Source: Octopus bimaculoides (taxonomy: Eukaryota). Taken from it: 64,000 bases of DNA. The stretch's first letter is position 1. Every line of letters begins with the position of its first letter. The stretch covers positions 37,957,394-38,021,393 of the forward strand of contig NC_068989.1 of the NCBI RefSeq assembly GCF_001194135.2, read 5' to 3'. This document shows positions 1 through 12,329 of this stretch, piece by piece. The position numbers were made by a program, and so were the translations under genes. The notes under the pieces are model-generated. The model had not been told where the DNA came from and made no database searches. It saw only the letters and a program-made list of their open reading frames with translations.

Positions 1-367
1 ACATTGGTGAGCTGACTCCTTCTGATGATAAGGCACTGGAACCCTGATTAAGCAAAGTCCTAAGTTCAGATGATATCATTTTTTATGTTGAATTTCTAAA
101 CCCAGTACAAAATCATTGCTTTCTTCAGTTAACTTGGCTGAACATAAAGCTGATTCGACTCCTGCTTGAACGATTGAACAGTTGAAGAGAACCCAAATGA
201 GAAATTCATCTCAGCTATGCCAGTATGGGGAACTGGAATTAAAACAGGGAAGTGAAAAACTTTCAACATATTTCCTTCTCGATAAGGTTCTACTTATTGA
301 CTATGAAAAATAATAGATTAGTAAAGTGGCTACAGTTGGTTGGACTCTTAAAGTCTGATACCAAAGT

Positions 368-562
368 TTAAAAATGTATGGTACAGCTCAGTTCTAGCTG
401 AAACCATGTTTCATTGACTGCTGTAGTTTCTCTTTCTATTGGGTTAGTTAGAATAAAAAGAGCAGGGCTCAAGATATTATTTAGGGTCTCAGAAAGAAAA
501 GTCTCCTCAGACCTGAGACCTAACCAGAATACTTGTAACAGAGTGGACTCTGCTAAAGGCAC
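368..562 (-). CDS. Possible downstream exon of the minus-strand gene
   Basis: Acceptor ctatctctaacagttag|GTG; 64-codon frame VPLAESTLLQVFWLGLRSEETF...TWFQLELSCTIHF*. It is phase 0, so it cannot join 1734 directly. Its length is within chance range for this AT content. Confidence 0.25.
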   Translation of the reverse strand: MPLAESTLLQVFWLGLRSEETFLSETLNNILSPALFILTNPIERETTAVNETWFQLELSCTIHF

Positions 563-1733
563 CTAACTGTTAGAGATAGGTTGTTAAGATGTATGTGTGT
601 GTGGTGGGTATAGGAACAGGAACAGTCCCTGCAACAGTTTTCACACAGTTCCCATCCACCAAATTACAATCATTGTTGGTTGACCCAAGGCTAAGGTAGA
701 AAAACTTGTCTTAAGTATTGTGTATTGTGATTGAACTCAAAACCATGTAATTATAATGGTAACTTCTTAACCATACATCCATACCTGCATCCATTATTTC
801 TAACCCAGTTACAATATCATATTTACAGGGAAAAGGGAATGTTATCATGTGATACACAAAAATGATGGTGGATTGGCAGAATTGTTAGAGCATCTGACAA
901 AGTGCTTTGTAGTATTTTGTTTGGTTTTTAAATTTTGAGTTCATTTCCTACCAAGGTCAACTTTGCCTTTCATCCTGATAGAATAAAGTACTGGTCAAGT
1001 ATTAGGGCAATATAAATTACTAACATTTCATCCAAAACTGCATGCTTTGTGCCTATGCTAGGAACATTTATATAATATATAAATGCCTTTCATAAAAATA
1101 TGATGTAAGACAATTGAAATTATTCTCACTGAGAATCAGAATAAAGTTTCGGGAACCCAGCTTATTATTATTTTTATTCTACATGCTGCTCATTCTTAGA
1201 TTTCTTGTTCACTATCTTAGCTTTCCCTTTTCTAATATAATTTGTTTCCTTTTAAGCATGTCATAAAGAAATATGCACTTCAATACTTTAGCTTTTAACA
1301 CTAATAAATCCTTTGTTCTACTTTGTCTTTCATAGTCTTATAATTTTTGCTCTTTGTTTTCCATTTGTGTGTTTCAAACCCATTATTCTATGCCAGTATG
1401 GATGAGATATATTTATTCTGCAAATTTGTGTATTTGCATATTGTTGGGGAGAGTATATTTATAGATACACTATTCTGCTTTTCCATGCAATGGATATGGC
1501 TCTTATATTTTAGCTAAACTGAATAACATACCTAATGGTGTGCCTAAACTAGTGGAACAATGCAGGCGAGGCTATAATAAAATTTGGTCTCAAGATCTTA
1601 TGATTAGCATTAAAGTATCTTAACCACAATATTCTGTGTGTGTAGGTCTAGTACAGATTGAATATTTTTCTCTGAATTTTATGGTAATCTATTATACATC
1701 GATCACACATGCATGACCTACTTTAAAATTCAC

Positions 1734-2066
1734 CTTGAACTGTTAACATCATAAATAAAATATGAAATTTTATCAAAATGTTCTATTGAATTAGAAAATT
1801 GTATAAAAGAACTTAGCATTAATACTTGGTTCATAGAGAATGAATTAAGCAAGCAAGGTAATGAGCTTTCAGCAGGAGGCATAATAAATTTACAAAGTGT
1901 TAAAAAATTAACAACCTTATAACTATCCTCCAAAATTATTTTGACAAGGCTTAAGTGTGCAGGAAAAGAGATTGGTTTTAAAATACTTTTACCATTAATA
2001 ATAGAAAGAACACAGGGGTAATCTTGTGGAAGATAGCTCAAACTCACCAAAGGGATTTTTAATTTT
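1734..2066 (-). CDS. Candidate internal coding exon of the same unidentified gene
   Basis: Acceptor atgttattctag|A and donor TCAAG|gtgaat; 333 bp, phase 2-2, stop-free; reads KLKIPLVSLSYLPQDYPCVLSIING...DKISYFIYDVNSS. In frame with the upstream exon (GG|A = Gly). Confidence 0.5.
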
Positions 2067-2234
2067 CTAGAATAACATATCAGGTGGCCGAACAGGTTAG
2101 TTTATACGCTTGATTTCCAATGTCTTCTTCACTTTCTAGGTTTGACTTCTGCTAAAAATAATTCTGCACAAGATGTTTCTTCCAGAAATGAATCTAAGGA
2201 TGCAATCCTCAGTAACACTGCTGCTGCTGCTGTG

Positions 2235-2278
<44 letters not shown>

Positions 2279-2458
2279 GGTAATAATTATAACACTTTCT
2301 ACAATAAGCAGAAGGCCTGATAATTTTCAGGGAAGGTAGTCTAGTTGATTACATGGACTGCAGTGCTCATCTGGTACTTATTTTATTGACCCCAAAAAGG
2401 TTGAAAAGCACTTGAATGTTTGACCAAATGAAATACACACACACACACACACACACAG

Positions 2459-2496
<38 letters not shown>

Positions 2497-2539
2497 TAAT
2501 AATAATAATGTTCATCTGTTGTTGACAAGACATCACATG

Positions 2540-2820
2540 GGAGAAGAAGATGGGTCATGGTGTGTCCAGCTGTAGCTGATCAGTCCAATGCATACTTGGA
2601 AGGATCAGCTGCAAATCTGGCACTGGTGGTCTGCTAGGAATAAAGGCAAGGAGTTGGCTCCAGGCTTGCACAGTTCATATTGATTTTTGAGCTTTTGCAA
2701 TCTTGTTCTGCTTGTAGGAGGTGGCACCTCTGTTGGTGTTGCTTTGCCAGACAGGGTGGTCCTGTGCTTGCATTTCCTAGGTGTCAGGGTTGACTTCAAA
2801 GTACTTCAGTGAGGTTTTGA
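2540..2820 (-). mobile_element. RTE-clade (BovB-like) LINE 3' fragment
   Basis: FEVNPDT*EMQAQDHPVWQS...GATSYKQNKIAKA and HQCQICS*SFQVCIGLISYSWTH match the RTE ORF2 C-terminus (WEDLAQDRPAWR...CxxCxRxFxAxIGLxSHxRTH). Confidence 0.75.
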
Positions 2821-3312
2821 GTGTGAGTGTGTGCGCGCACGCGTGTGTGTGTGTGTGTTGTCCTTGAATACTCACACACATATGCAAGCATGAAATAGTG
2901 GACATTAAAATGATGATGATAATAATATGTATGTATGTGTGTAATATGTATATGTGGGGGGGGGGGCGGATGGGTGCATGAATATTGTTTCATATGTCCT
3001 CATTTGTGTGAGTGAAAACCTCATTGTCTTTGTTTACAGTCCCTGCAAGGCAGAGTTTTGGCTTTTAGTGCTTTAGGACAGGTGGAATGCAAAAAAACAT
3101 ATATTTTACTTGGTAAACAAGTATAAGTTGGTGATAGGGAGGACATCCTGAACAGGTTTCATCTATTTGATGCGAACATGATAAAAATAGACATGAAACT
3201 GAATGAACGAATGAAATGATTCACAGTTATTTCAAATACTAGTACAAAATTCTACTTTTCACTTCGTAAGCTCTAAGCATTTTCATCAGCATACTAAAAA
3301 AATATCTTCTAC

Positions 3313-3531
3313 CCTAGGACATATTCTACAATAGTGTTGATAATATTTTTTCTGATATGTCTCAACTCAATATTGAATCTATTAAAGCTACAGTGAATAA
3401 AATATAAACATGATGAATGGATATAATTTACTCTTCTTTCAATTAAAGCTATAAGCCAGTCATGTATCGGAGAAATCTTTTGCAAATAATGTTGTTTTCT
3501 TTGTGGGTGCACTGCTGTAATTTTGAGTTTC
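3313..3531 (-). CDS. Candidate internal coding exon of the same unidentified gene
   Basis: Acceptor caattcacttacag|G and donor CTAGG|gtagaa (weak); 219 bp, phase 2-2; reads KLKITAVHPQRKQHYLQKISPIHDWLIALIERRVNYIHSS...NTIVEYVLG. The frame is stop-free from about 3703 to 3312, so an upstream acceptor near 3649 is an alternative. Confidence 0.5.
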
Positions 3532-3695
3532 CTGTAAGTGAATTGATGAACCCAGGTCAGTTCTTGCTTGGAACCATTCCTTTTTGCCTCATTAGTATCT
3601 TTTGAAAAGAATGAATTGAAATATGAATTACAACTTCCTATTTCTTTACCTTTATAAATCTCAGTCTTTGTGTCTATGCAGAAATTAATATATAC

Positions 3696-3795
3696 CTTCC
3701 ATTCTTAGATATAAATTCCAGTGGTTTGAAGTGGGTGGAGGTGATATCTAATTTGCCATTAGGTACAGCATAACAACTGGAGATATGTTTCTTTC
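3696..3795 (-). CDS. Possible alternative or extra exon
   Basis: Acceptor tatgcctttag|G and donor GGAAG|gtatat; phase 1-2; GKKHISSCYAVPNGKLDITSTHFKPLEFISKNG. Joins 3531 in frame but needs an unidentified phase-1 upstream exon. Confidence 0.25.
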
Positions 3796-4730
3796 CTAAA
3801 GGCATAATACAAACTGTGTAGCAGAATCTGATTTTTTTTCCTCATACCAGTTGAATATGAATTTAGTTCTTCTTAGCCATTTGTCAATGAAGACAATTCA
3901 AGTAAAAGGAAGATTGACAAAAATTTGACAATGAACTAGAGCAGTTATAAATAGAAAAAAAAAGCTTTTTTGAGAGGACAAGGAAGAACAATGATTGTAT
4001 CAAAGCCATTGGTGAAAGCTGGTGCCATTTGGAAGAAAGGGTTAATAAATGCATATAAAATCAGATATGATATTAATGGAATCTATAGTAGCATTAAACA
4101 TGTCTCTGAAAATATTTCTTTATTTCTCTTTTTTGTAATGTGACATTATATAGAAAATGATGAATCCATGCCTGTTATGGGATCAATAAGTAGTGCCTGT
4201 TTTGGTGATGGCTAAAGATAGTTTTCTTTCAGTGTATATTCAACTATCAATCTTGTTATTGCTGTTATTGTTGTTGCTGTTAATATTGCTGCTGTTGTTG
4301 TCAGAGTTGCCATTATTCCTATAATTTCTTTTTCTGAAATAAAATTCATCCAAAAATTCCAGAATGATGCAATTGATAGCGCTATGTGAAAAAGGACAAA
4401 AATAATAAAAAGAGAAATAAATCCAAAGAATAATAGTGATAAAATTAGTATGCTGAGAAGCTATTTAATTGTTGTACTCTTCTCTTTCAGCTTTAACCTG
4501 TTAAGCTAATCTGATTATCACAGTTTAAAAGCTAATATGAAAATGAAGCAGCAACAGCAATAGTAATTCTACTAGAAGTTGAAAAAGTGTATTGAGAATT
4601 TTTTGAAGAAAAGAAAAAAAAAAACAACAAAAACACAACAACGGCAAAAGCACTCCAAACTGAAATAGATACTACTTCTCAATGTTCAGTTTGGGGAAAC
4701 AGTAGGCAAACCCCAGTACATTATGAATAC

Positions 4731-4852
4731 CATTTAATTTTATAACAGAAGACACGTTTGGGGTAAATGATATTGCTTTGATTTTGGTTTGTTCCAATAA
4801 TGAAATTCAGTAAAAGATACAAAAAGATACAAAAACATGAGCAGAGAAGCAT
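4731..4852 (-). CDS. Candidate first coding exon of an unidentified secreted or membrane protein (signal-peptide-like N-terminus)
   Basis: ATG at 4852 gives MLLCSCFCIFLYLLLNFIIG-TNQNQSNIIYPKRVFCYKIK, then a phase-2 donor AAATG|gtattc at 4731. It joins in frame to exon 3531-3313 (TG|G = Trp). Confidence 0.4.
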
Positions 4853-6145
4853 GTCAGTTCTGAGAAACTGCTCCTTTTGTTTTGCATGAAGTATCATTGA
4901 ATTGTGTAGTGGGTAGGCTCTAGTATTGGTCTCAGTATAATAAGTTCTTGATGGCATTACCTGAACCAGATGGTTCTTTAGTAAGGGTCTTCATTTTACA
5001 TTGCTCCAGTCTGCTCAGTCAAAATTAAGTACTAGTCAAGTGATGATAGCCCCCTCTCCCTCTGCCTGTCACATCCTGGATGTGAGGGAGGCCTGAGAGG
5101 GTGTCTATATCTGCTAGGCACCTAAAATACTTAGTAAAAGTATAGTACTTGCTACTAAATCATATTTGCTTGTAAGTGATGGCTAGGCTTGCTTTTTGTA
5201 TTTTTTAATAGAAAAAAGGCATGCAGAAGAAAATTTGACTATCTTAAAAATACAACCAGCAAATTTAGAATTGTAAAGGTTAATTATATGACGACGAATG
5301 GAAAAATTACAAAATTGAATACATCAAAGTAGCAGAAAAGTAGGGTTAAGAAGGTTTTTTTGAGAAATAATTTCATCTTACTATCTCTAAATGTAGTTCT
5401 TGGATAGAACTACAATCAATTCAAATTATCTGGCTTCAGGGTTGGCTGTCTGATAATATCAAAGATGAAGGAAATTACCTCAGGATAGCATTCTTCATAC
5501 AAAATGCAAATAAGGTAAAGTCTCACATATGTAGTGATTTGAAAACCTTTAACTAGATGAGATTATCCATGGCATTATTAGACATTAACTATATAAAAGT
5601 GCATAAAGTATTAAACTAACAAGGGAGATAACTTCAGTTAATTGAAATTCGTTGAAGGAAAACCCGGTCTCGAAATACATCTGGTAAAAGCAAAAAATAT
5701 GTCAGTTTTACTAGGTCTATTCAGTGAAGTCTGTTGTATTCGGTTGACAAAAGTAAGATCAATTAATATTAAGAGCAGCAATATTGATTACAAATTGGCT
5801 GAGGGAAACTGTTTCAGGGATGAGTTCTGCATGCTAAATACAAATACAATTGTGACTCATATGTGTAATATTAAGTGCTAAAAAATTTAGAGCGACTGAG
5901 ATAATCATTGCAATTAGTTAACAAAACCACCCTCTAGAGTTGTATATAGTACTAAAAACGGCAAGCGAGATAACTTCAGAAAGATCAATTAAATGAAATT
6001 TTTAAAGAACTGTAGAAAATGCAAAATGTGAGTAGATCTGAGCTTGAAATTTCTCTGGAGGTAGTTTCCTAAATATTACTTATGAGTTGTATGGTGCTGT
6101 TGATTATAGATCGCTCAACTGACATCTATCATCATACAAATTCTT

Positions 6146-6199
<54 letters not shown>

Positions 6200-9100
6200 T
6201 GAAACAGAAATGAAAAAAAGCATAAATGGATCCAGTGTTATTTATGTCAGGCAGCTAAAGTTCAAGAGTGTAGAAACATTTCAATATAAATGGCAAGATT
6301 TCAATTCCACCACTTTGGCCAGTCATTCCATCACTTCATGGAAAAGAAAAAGAAATTGCTCTGTGTTATGCAGTACTTGCAATATAGTTCTTTTCCCATT
6401 AGGAACAATTGCAGTATCTCATTGCTTTAAATGAATACATAATAAGTAATATCATCTCTTTTTCATAATGTCAAGCTGTAATGACAACAAGACCAACAAG
6501 GAAATCAATATTTTGTATCCATTATGCTGCAATTGGGAAAATTTGAATATCTAAATATGTAATATCTCAAATTCTTTAACATTACTCCAATGCATATGAA
6601 CAGTGAATTCCAATAGCGAAATAATGAGGCAGCTCTCTAAAGGCTGTTATAATGTTTTAACATTTGTTGAAATGGATGGTTAATATGGATATTGCATTAA
6701 AATATTTTTTAAAAACTTTTACAATTGCTTTTCCTTGTTAATACATGTTGGATAATTCTGAAAACAGCATGAGATATTAAGTATAGAAAAAAAACAACTT
6801 ATATTTAATGATCCTTCAGTAATCCTTAATAATTAAAAATGACAGCACAATGAATCAATTTCCCTAGTATTGGTTATTGTATGCCTCAATACTTATTAAA
6901 TGATCATGAGTTTTAATTATGCGATTGGCTTCAGCATAATATTAACAAGTATGTTTTCTCTCAGTTTTACAACATGTATTAAAAAAAGCAGAGCATTTAT
7001 TAGTGTCTTTACCTCATCAAGCCAAAAATATTAAAATGAACTATTATTGAAGTAAACTAACACTGCAACACCATATACAACAAAGTAAATTTAAAATCTA
7101 TATAAAAATGGCAAACTGGCAGAATAGTTAGTATCAATCGGTATTTTGTCTGTCCTTATGTTCTGAGTTCAAATTCTACCAAGGTCAACTTTGCATTTCA
7201 TCCTTTTGTGATCGATAAAATAAGTACCAGTAAAACACTGGCGTTGATGTAATCGATTTAGCCCCACCCTCAAAACTGCTGGCTTTGTGTTAAACATTTG
7301 AAACCAATATTAAAATCCATATAAAACAGTATTGTTAGGGTTGATCTTGAAAAGTACTTTGACCTGATACTCACCCTTAGGTAATTACAACTTCCAGTTC
7401 AAATAACTCTTTCACTAACAGTTAACTGAATTGAATAGATTATCTGTTGTAAACTGCCACTAGTACACTACTATGCTCTACATTTGTTTATATTGTTCTT
7501 ATACTGTCAACCTCTTATACTCACAAGAATTCAAGAAGACATGCTGAGACATCAGTATGGCATTTCTCTAAAATTAACTTGTCTAGTAGCTCTTATCTGA
7601 ACTAATTGTCATTAGGATAATGATCTTTCTCATCAGCACAGGTGTTATTTAAATTTATTGAAATATCTTGGCACACTAAATCAAGTATGTTACCATCTTT
7701 ATTACTATTCGGTTTTCATATGGCAGATAGCCCTGCATATTTTTTCTCCAATCATCATAAACCATCACACCACTCATTGTTTTCTTGTTAAAGCTCTACA
7801 TATACTTCTCTAAGTCTAATGTTTTTCAGTTATAGTTAGATAATGCTTTACTACTGAGCCCTAATAAGACCGCAACATGTCTGGTATTGTCACTACATTA
7901 CCAATAAACCAACCCAAGCCCTTTATTGTGTCCCCTACCTTTTTGTCATTGTGATGATTCATTTTTCCATTCATTGGAGGAGAAAGTTTGATTAATTAAA
8001 AGTTCTTCATTCATTCCATCAAATATATGAGCACCTACTTTATTAATTGGAAATAAGTGTTCAAATACTCATTGTCAATAAAGATCCAAAAATAAACAAA
8101 TAAATAAGTGAAAGCTTGTTAATATAGCAGTTAAATTTTCCTCAAAATTACATTCTAATACAATAGGGGCTAAGATTACATCTTAAACTTTTTGGCAAAC
8201 AGTTCAAAATAGAGAAGACATACATGAACACAGAACATATCTGTCTAAGCTTAAACCTAAGTGATAATAAGTATTCTCTTGCCTGCTTCTGTTCCAGTCT
8301 GCTTAGTTATACACTATTAAAATCCAAGATCCATATTTTTTAAAATTCAAATAGATTATTCCTTTCTAACTTTGGCACAATGTCATGCAATTGTTGAAAG
8401 AAAGATATATTATATTATAGATGACTATGTTGGTATATATCTTATTAATCTTGAAGAAAATAAATGTAAAGTTAAACCTACCAGGATTTGAATTGAAAAC
8501 GTAAAGGGCTGTAACCAGAAGCAAATAAAATATTTCAGAAATAAAAGAAAAACTATGGAGATGGATATGTAGAAACCAATATCTTAAACAGAGAATATAG
8601 AAAATTCTTAAATATCCATGCATTTCAGAAGAGTATTAGTTACATTCTGAGGAGCAAGACAGCTCCAAGTTGTGAAAAAAACTATTACAAGCTCATTGTG
8701 TACTAAAATTTAATCTCCCAGTCTGTGTTATTTACTGCTTTTGCCATAGAATAATATTGAATTTTACTTTTGTTACTGAACTACTAATTTATAGAGAAGG
8801 AATATAGTTAATTTAATCTATATTTTGTATATTACTGGAACTTATTGTATCAACCCTAGAGGTGAAAAGACAAAATTGATTCTAGAAAGATTTGGATTTA
8901 GGATGTAACTAAATACTGCAAGAAATTCAGTCTGGTAGTCTACCATTCTGTTATCCACTACCTTCTTGATATATTATCATCATCATTATCATCATCATCA
9001 TTTAACATCTGTTTTCCTTATTGGCATGAGTTGGATGATTTTACAGCAGCTGGTAAGGCAAAGGACTGTAGCAAAGTCTACTGGGTTGAGAGGATTGCAT

Positions 9101-10039
9101 AGAATGGAGTGTGAGTAGTTTTAAGGATGATTTCTGTATGACTGACTTAAGGTGAAAGATTTGTAGTGAGAGAGGAAAATCAATGGAATAAATACCCATA
9201 TGTAACTGATATTTATTCATCACAGACAACTTGGAGCACAAAATGTAGAGAAACAATATTACATTTTCTTAGTCATGTTACATTTGTCAAATACTATATT
9301 TTACCATTTTACCACTTCACAACCTTCTTCAAGAACAAGAACATAAATAGTGAAGTTCAATTCTGATGTAATAACCTTCAAACCATATATTGATTACATG
9401 AATTTGTATCTTATAGTGTTTGGTATGATTTTGCAGTGAGAAGAGAGAAGCAGATCTGTAGAAAACATTTTTGACTTTTAATTTCTCTATACCAACAATA
9501 AAATAGATCTTTTCTAAGTTTGTTGGTAGAATAATTGAGCATATAGACAGTGTGTGGTTTGCAGGTACAGGTTAAAATAGGATAATATTCAAATACAGAA
9601 TATACAGGTGTTGATTTACAAGATTAATCAAGAGAAATTTACATAAATATTTGGTAATATATATACATATTTTCTTACAGTTTTACAAACTCAGTTGAAT
9701 AATGTGCTGTGGAAATATACCTGTTTGTTTTCTTACTTTACAAAATCAATTTTGAATAATGTGTTGTAGAAAGTGTTATAGAAAATGTATGAACATATGT
9801 TTGTGCTTGTAATGTTTGTAAAGTCAAAATGTTAACGAGCAGAAAATTGACAGCAGTAAAGTTAGACATAGATAACATGTTTTAAAACAGGTAGTAATAG
9901 ACATTTGCCAAAAGATTCCTCATACAGTTTAACATGTATCACGATCTAAGGCAGCTGAAAAGAATCAGTTCAATTCTTTGTTATTGATTCTTGGTGTCTG
10001 CATGAGAAGAGGTTGGAAAGATCAGCTGCTAAACTTCTC

Positions 10040-10175
10040 TTATGTCAAATGATTTCAGCCAAAAGCCAGTTGCATGTCCTCTTTAAATAGCCACACACAA
10101 AACAAAAAAAAAAAAGCATGCAGATTACTAATCTCTGATTGGCTGAATTAGCACATGTGACAAAACAATGGCGTC
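10040..10175 (-). promoter_or_regulatory. Candidate Pol II core promoter driving leftward transcription
   Basis: On the minus strand: CCAAT (rc of attgg 10138-10142), TATTTAAA (10089-10082), Inr-like TCATTT (about 10052-10047) and a downstream donor AAACT|gtatga at 9926. E-box palindrome CACATGTG at 10152-10159 and a YY1-like AACAATGGCG nearby. Confidence 0.3.
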
Positions 10176-10515
10176 AGTGTCAGCAGTTGAATAAAGTCAC
10201 CACAGATATATATTTGTTTTATTGATGTAACTGTTCTGTTAGTCTTTCTTACTCCACTATATCATCACCTTCAATTTGTCTATTTTGAATGTAATTGATA
10301 ATGTTGGTAATTTACAGAGCAGTAACACTAAAGATTTTACAATTTTCTCAATATATATCAGACGTCACTTTAATGACTGTCTAAAATATTTGTATAATCT
10401 TGTGTGTATATGTGTATGACAGTGAGTGAATATGTGAGGAAAATTAATTAATTTTGAAAGTGGCTAAGGGTTAAAATATATGTGAGAAATATATATTATG
10501 AGTCAAAATTTAATG

Positions 10516-10558
<43 letters not shown>

Positions 10559-10560
<2 letters not shown>

Positions 10561-10920
10561 GTGCAGGAGTGGCTGTGTGGTAAGTAGCTTGTTTACCAAT
10601 CACATGGTTTCAGGTTCAGTCCCACTCCTTGGGAAAGTGTCTTTTACTATAGCCTCAGGCCGACCAAAGCTTTGTGAGTGGATGTGGTAGATAGAAACTG
10701 AAAGAAGCCTGTTGTATATATATATATATGTGTGTGTGTGTGTGCATGCGTGCGTGTGTGTCTATGTTTGTGTGTCTGTGTTTGTTCCCCCATCATAGTT
10801 TGACAAGTGATGGTGGTGTGTTTACATCTCCATAAGTCCTGGGGTCAATTTGTTTGACTAAAAGCTGTGCTCCAGCAAGGCCACAGTAAAATGACTGAAA
10901 CAGATATAAGAATAAAAGAA
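10559..10920 (+). mobile_element. tRNA-derived SINE, family A (bipartite, with internal (TA)n(TG)n)
   Basis: Head GTGCAGGAGTGGCTGTGTGGTAAG...GGTTCAGTCCC (A/B boxes). Other copies at about 640-795(-), 20530-20680(-), 35638-36025(+), 36160-36300(-) and 61130-61260(-). Confidence 0.85.
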
Positions 10921-11096
10921 TGCAAACATGTATTTTGTACATATGTACGCATGTATGGACGAATGTATTTATAAAAAAGTACACTCTTTCTCTCTCCCTC
11001 CCTCCATATATATATATATATTTATATATATTTATACGTCCGTATATGTAAGTATACTGTTTATATACATGTATTTGTATTTATGTACTGGAGTAT

Positions 11097-11158
11097 ATTC
11101 CACTGATGAAGGCAGAGCATTATTATTTATGCAAAGCCAGAAATCCAGGATTTGGAAT
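11097..11158 (+). ncRNA. Type I hammerhead ribozyme motif (Penelope/retrozyme-type)
   Basis: Stem I ATTCCA(11097-102)/TGGAAT(11153-58); core CTGATGA (11103-09); stem II GGC...GCC enclosing a GCAT/ATGC hairpin; GAAA (11140-43); palindromic stem III TCC-A-GGA; cleavage triplet ATT (11150-52). The 10.1/11.1 pair is A-A (non-canonical). Confidence 0.55.
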
Positions 11159-11986
11159 TATCTTTATTTTTACTGGTTTTATTTGGTCTTCGTCTTCGCG
11201 CCATGCGGACATTTATTGTGGTTTTAGAGTCTGATTTGACTGCTATTTTTTCAGCGTGGTGGTATCTCTTGATACCCTGTATTATAATTTTAAATAATTT
11301 TAAATAATTTTAAATATATATATATATATATATATACAGAAAGAGAGACAGAGATAAGAACAAATATACAAATAAGACATGCATAAACAGAAATAAATGT
11401 ATAAGATAGATGTTGCATCTCAACACTAGCAACAAAATACACACACTAACATATGTATAAAAGATGACTGAACAAATAGATGTTAAAAAAAAAAGAGAAA
11501 AACATCCATAAAATAAATGTTACAAGTTCAGGTTAACAACATTAAATAGATAATTAGTTCATTCACCTATTTCAAGTCTCTTTTCTAACCTTACTGAATG
11601 ATGTTCTTACTCACATCAACAGATAATGTTCTAGTTTATCTGAGTTGGTCAACATCACACTATTTTCAATAAGAGTGCCTGATGACATTTATACTGCTTT
11701 GATATTTGTATCCTATGTGAAATAAATCACATTAGAATAAAGGTGAGTCCTATGTTAAAATTTGTTGAGATAATTAAGAACAAATGTTTTTACAAAATTA
11801 TTAAATTAAGTTAATAATGGTCTTTGACTTTTCAAAGAGAATCTCAATCAAATATGTCCGTATCTAAACAATCAGAAATAGAGGGGAAAAAAATGCTCTT
11901 CCTCTCTTTTTTTCTCTCTCTCTCTCTCACATACACACGCATAAATAAATAAATATGTATGCATATACATATACATACATACATAA

Positions 11987-12017
<31 letters not shown>

Positions 12018-12264
12018 NNNNNNNNNNNNNNNNNNNNNNNNNNNNNNNNNNNNNNNNNNNNNNNNNNNNNNNNNNNNNNNNNNNNNNNNNNNNNNNNNNN
12101 NNNNNNNNNNNNNNNNNNNNNNNNNNNNNNNNNNNNNNNNNNNNNNNNNNNNNNNNNNNNNNNATTATTGCATTGTAATAATATATTGGAGTTAACAATA
12201 TGTTACTAATTGCACTTTTAAGTTCAGTGGATATATTTTTATAATGCTTAAACAATTATTTACA

Positions 12265-12329
<65 letters not shown>

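Noticed and set aside
3319-3533. Plus-strand exon with strong acceptor and GTAAGT donor
   Set aside because: All three plus frames contain stops. The sites are the reverse-complement shadows of the minus-strand exon boundaries.
5340-6560. Coding-looking region with recurring EVIS-like words and plus-strand ORFs of 74-79 aa
   Set aside because: The minus frames contain multiple stops, the plus ORFs lack usable splice sites, and the lengths are within chance expectation.
8478-8520. 27-bp minus-strand micro-exon with good splice sites
   Set aside because: The sequence is a decayed SINE-B segment (rc of GTTCTGAGTTCAAATTCC...AGG).
10559-10640. tRNA gene
   Set aside because: The A/B boxes belong to a SINE head. 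No cloverleaf can be completed and the sequence continues into the SINE body.
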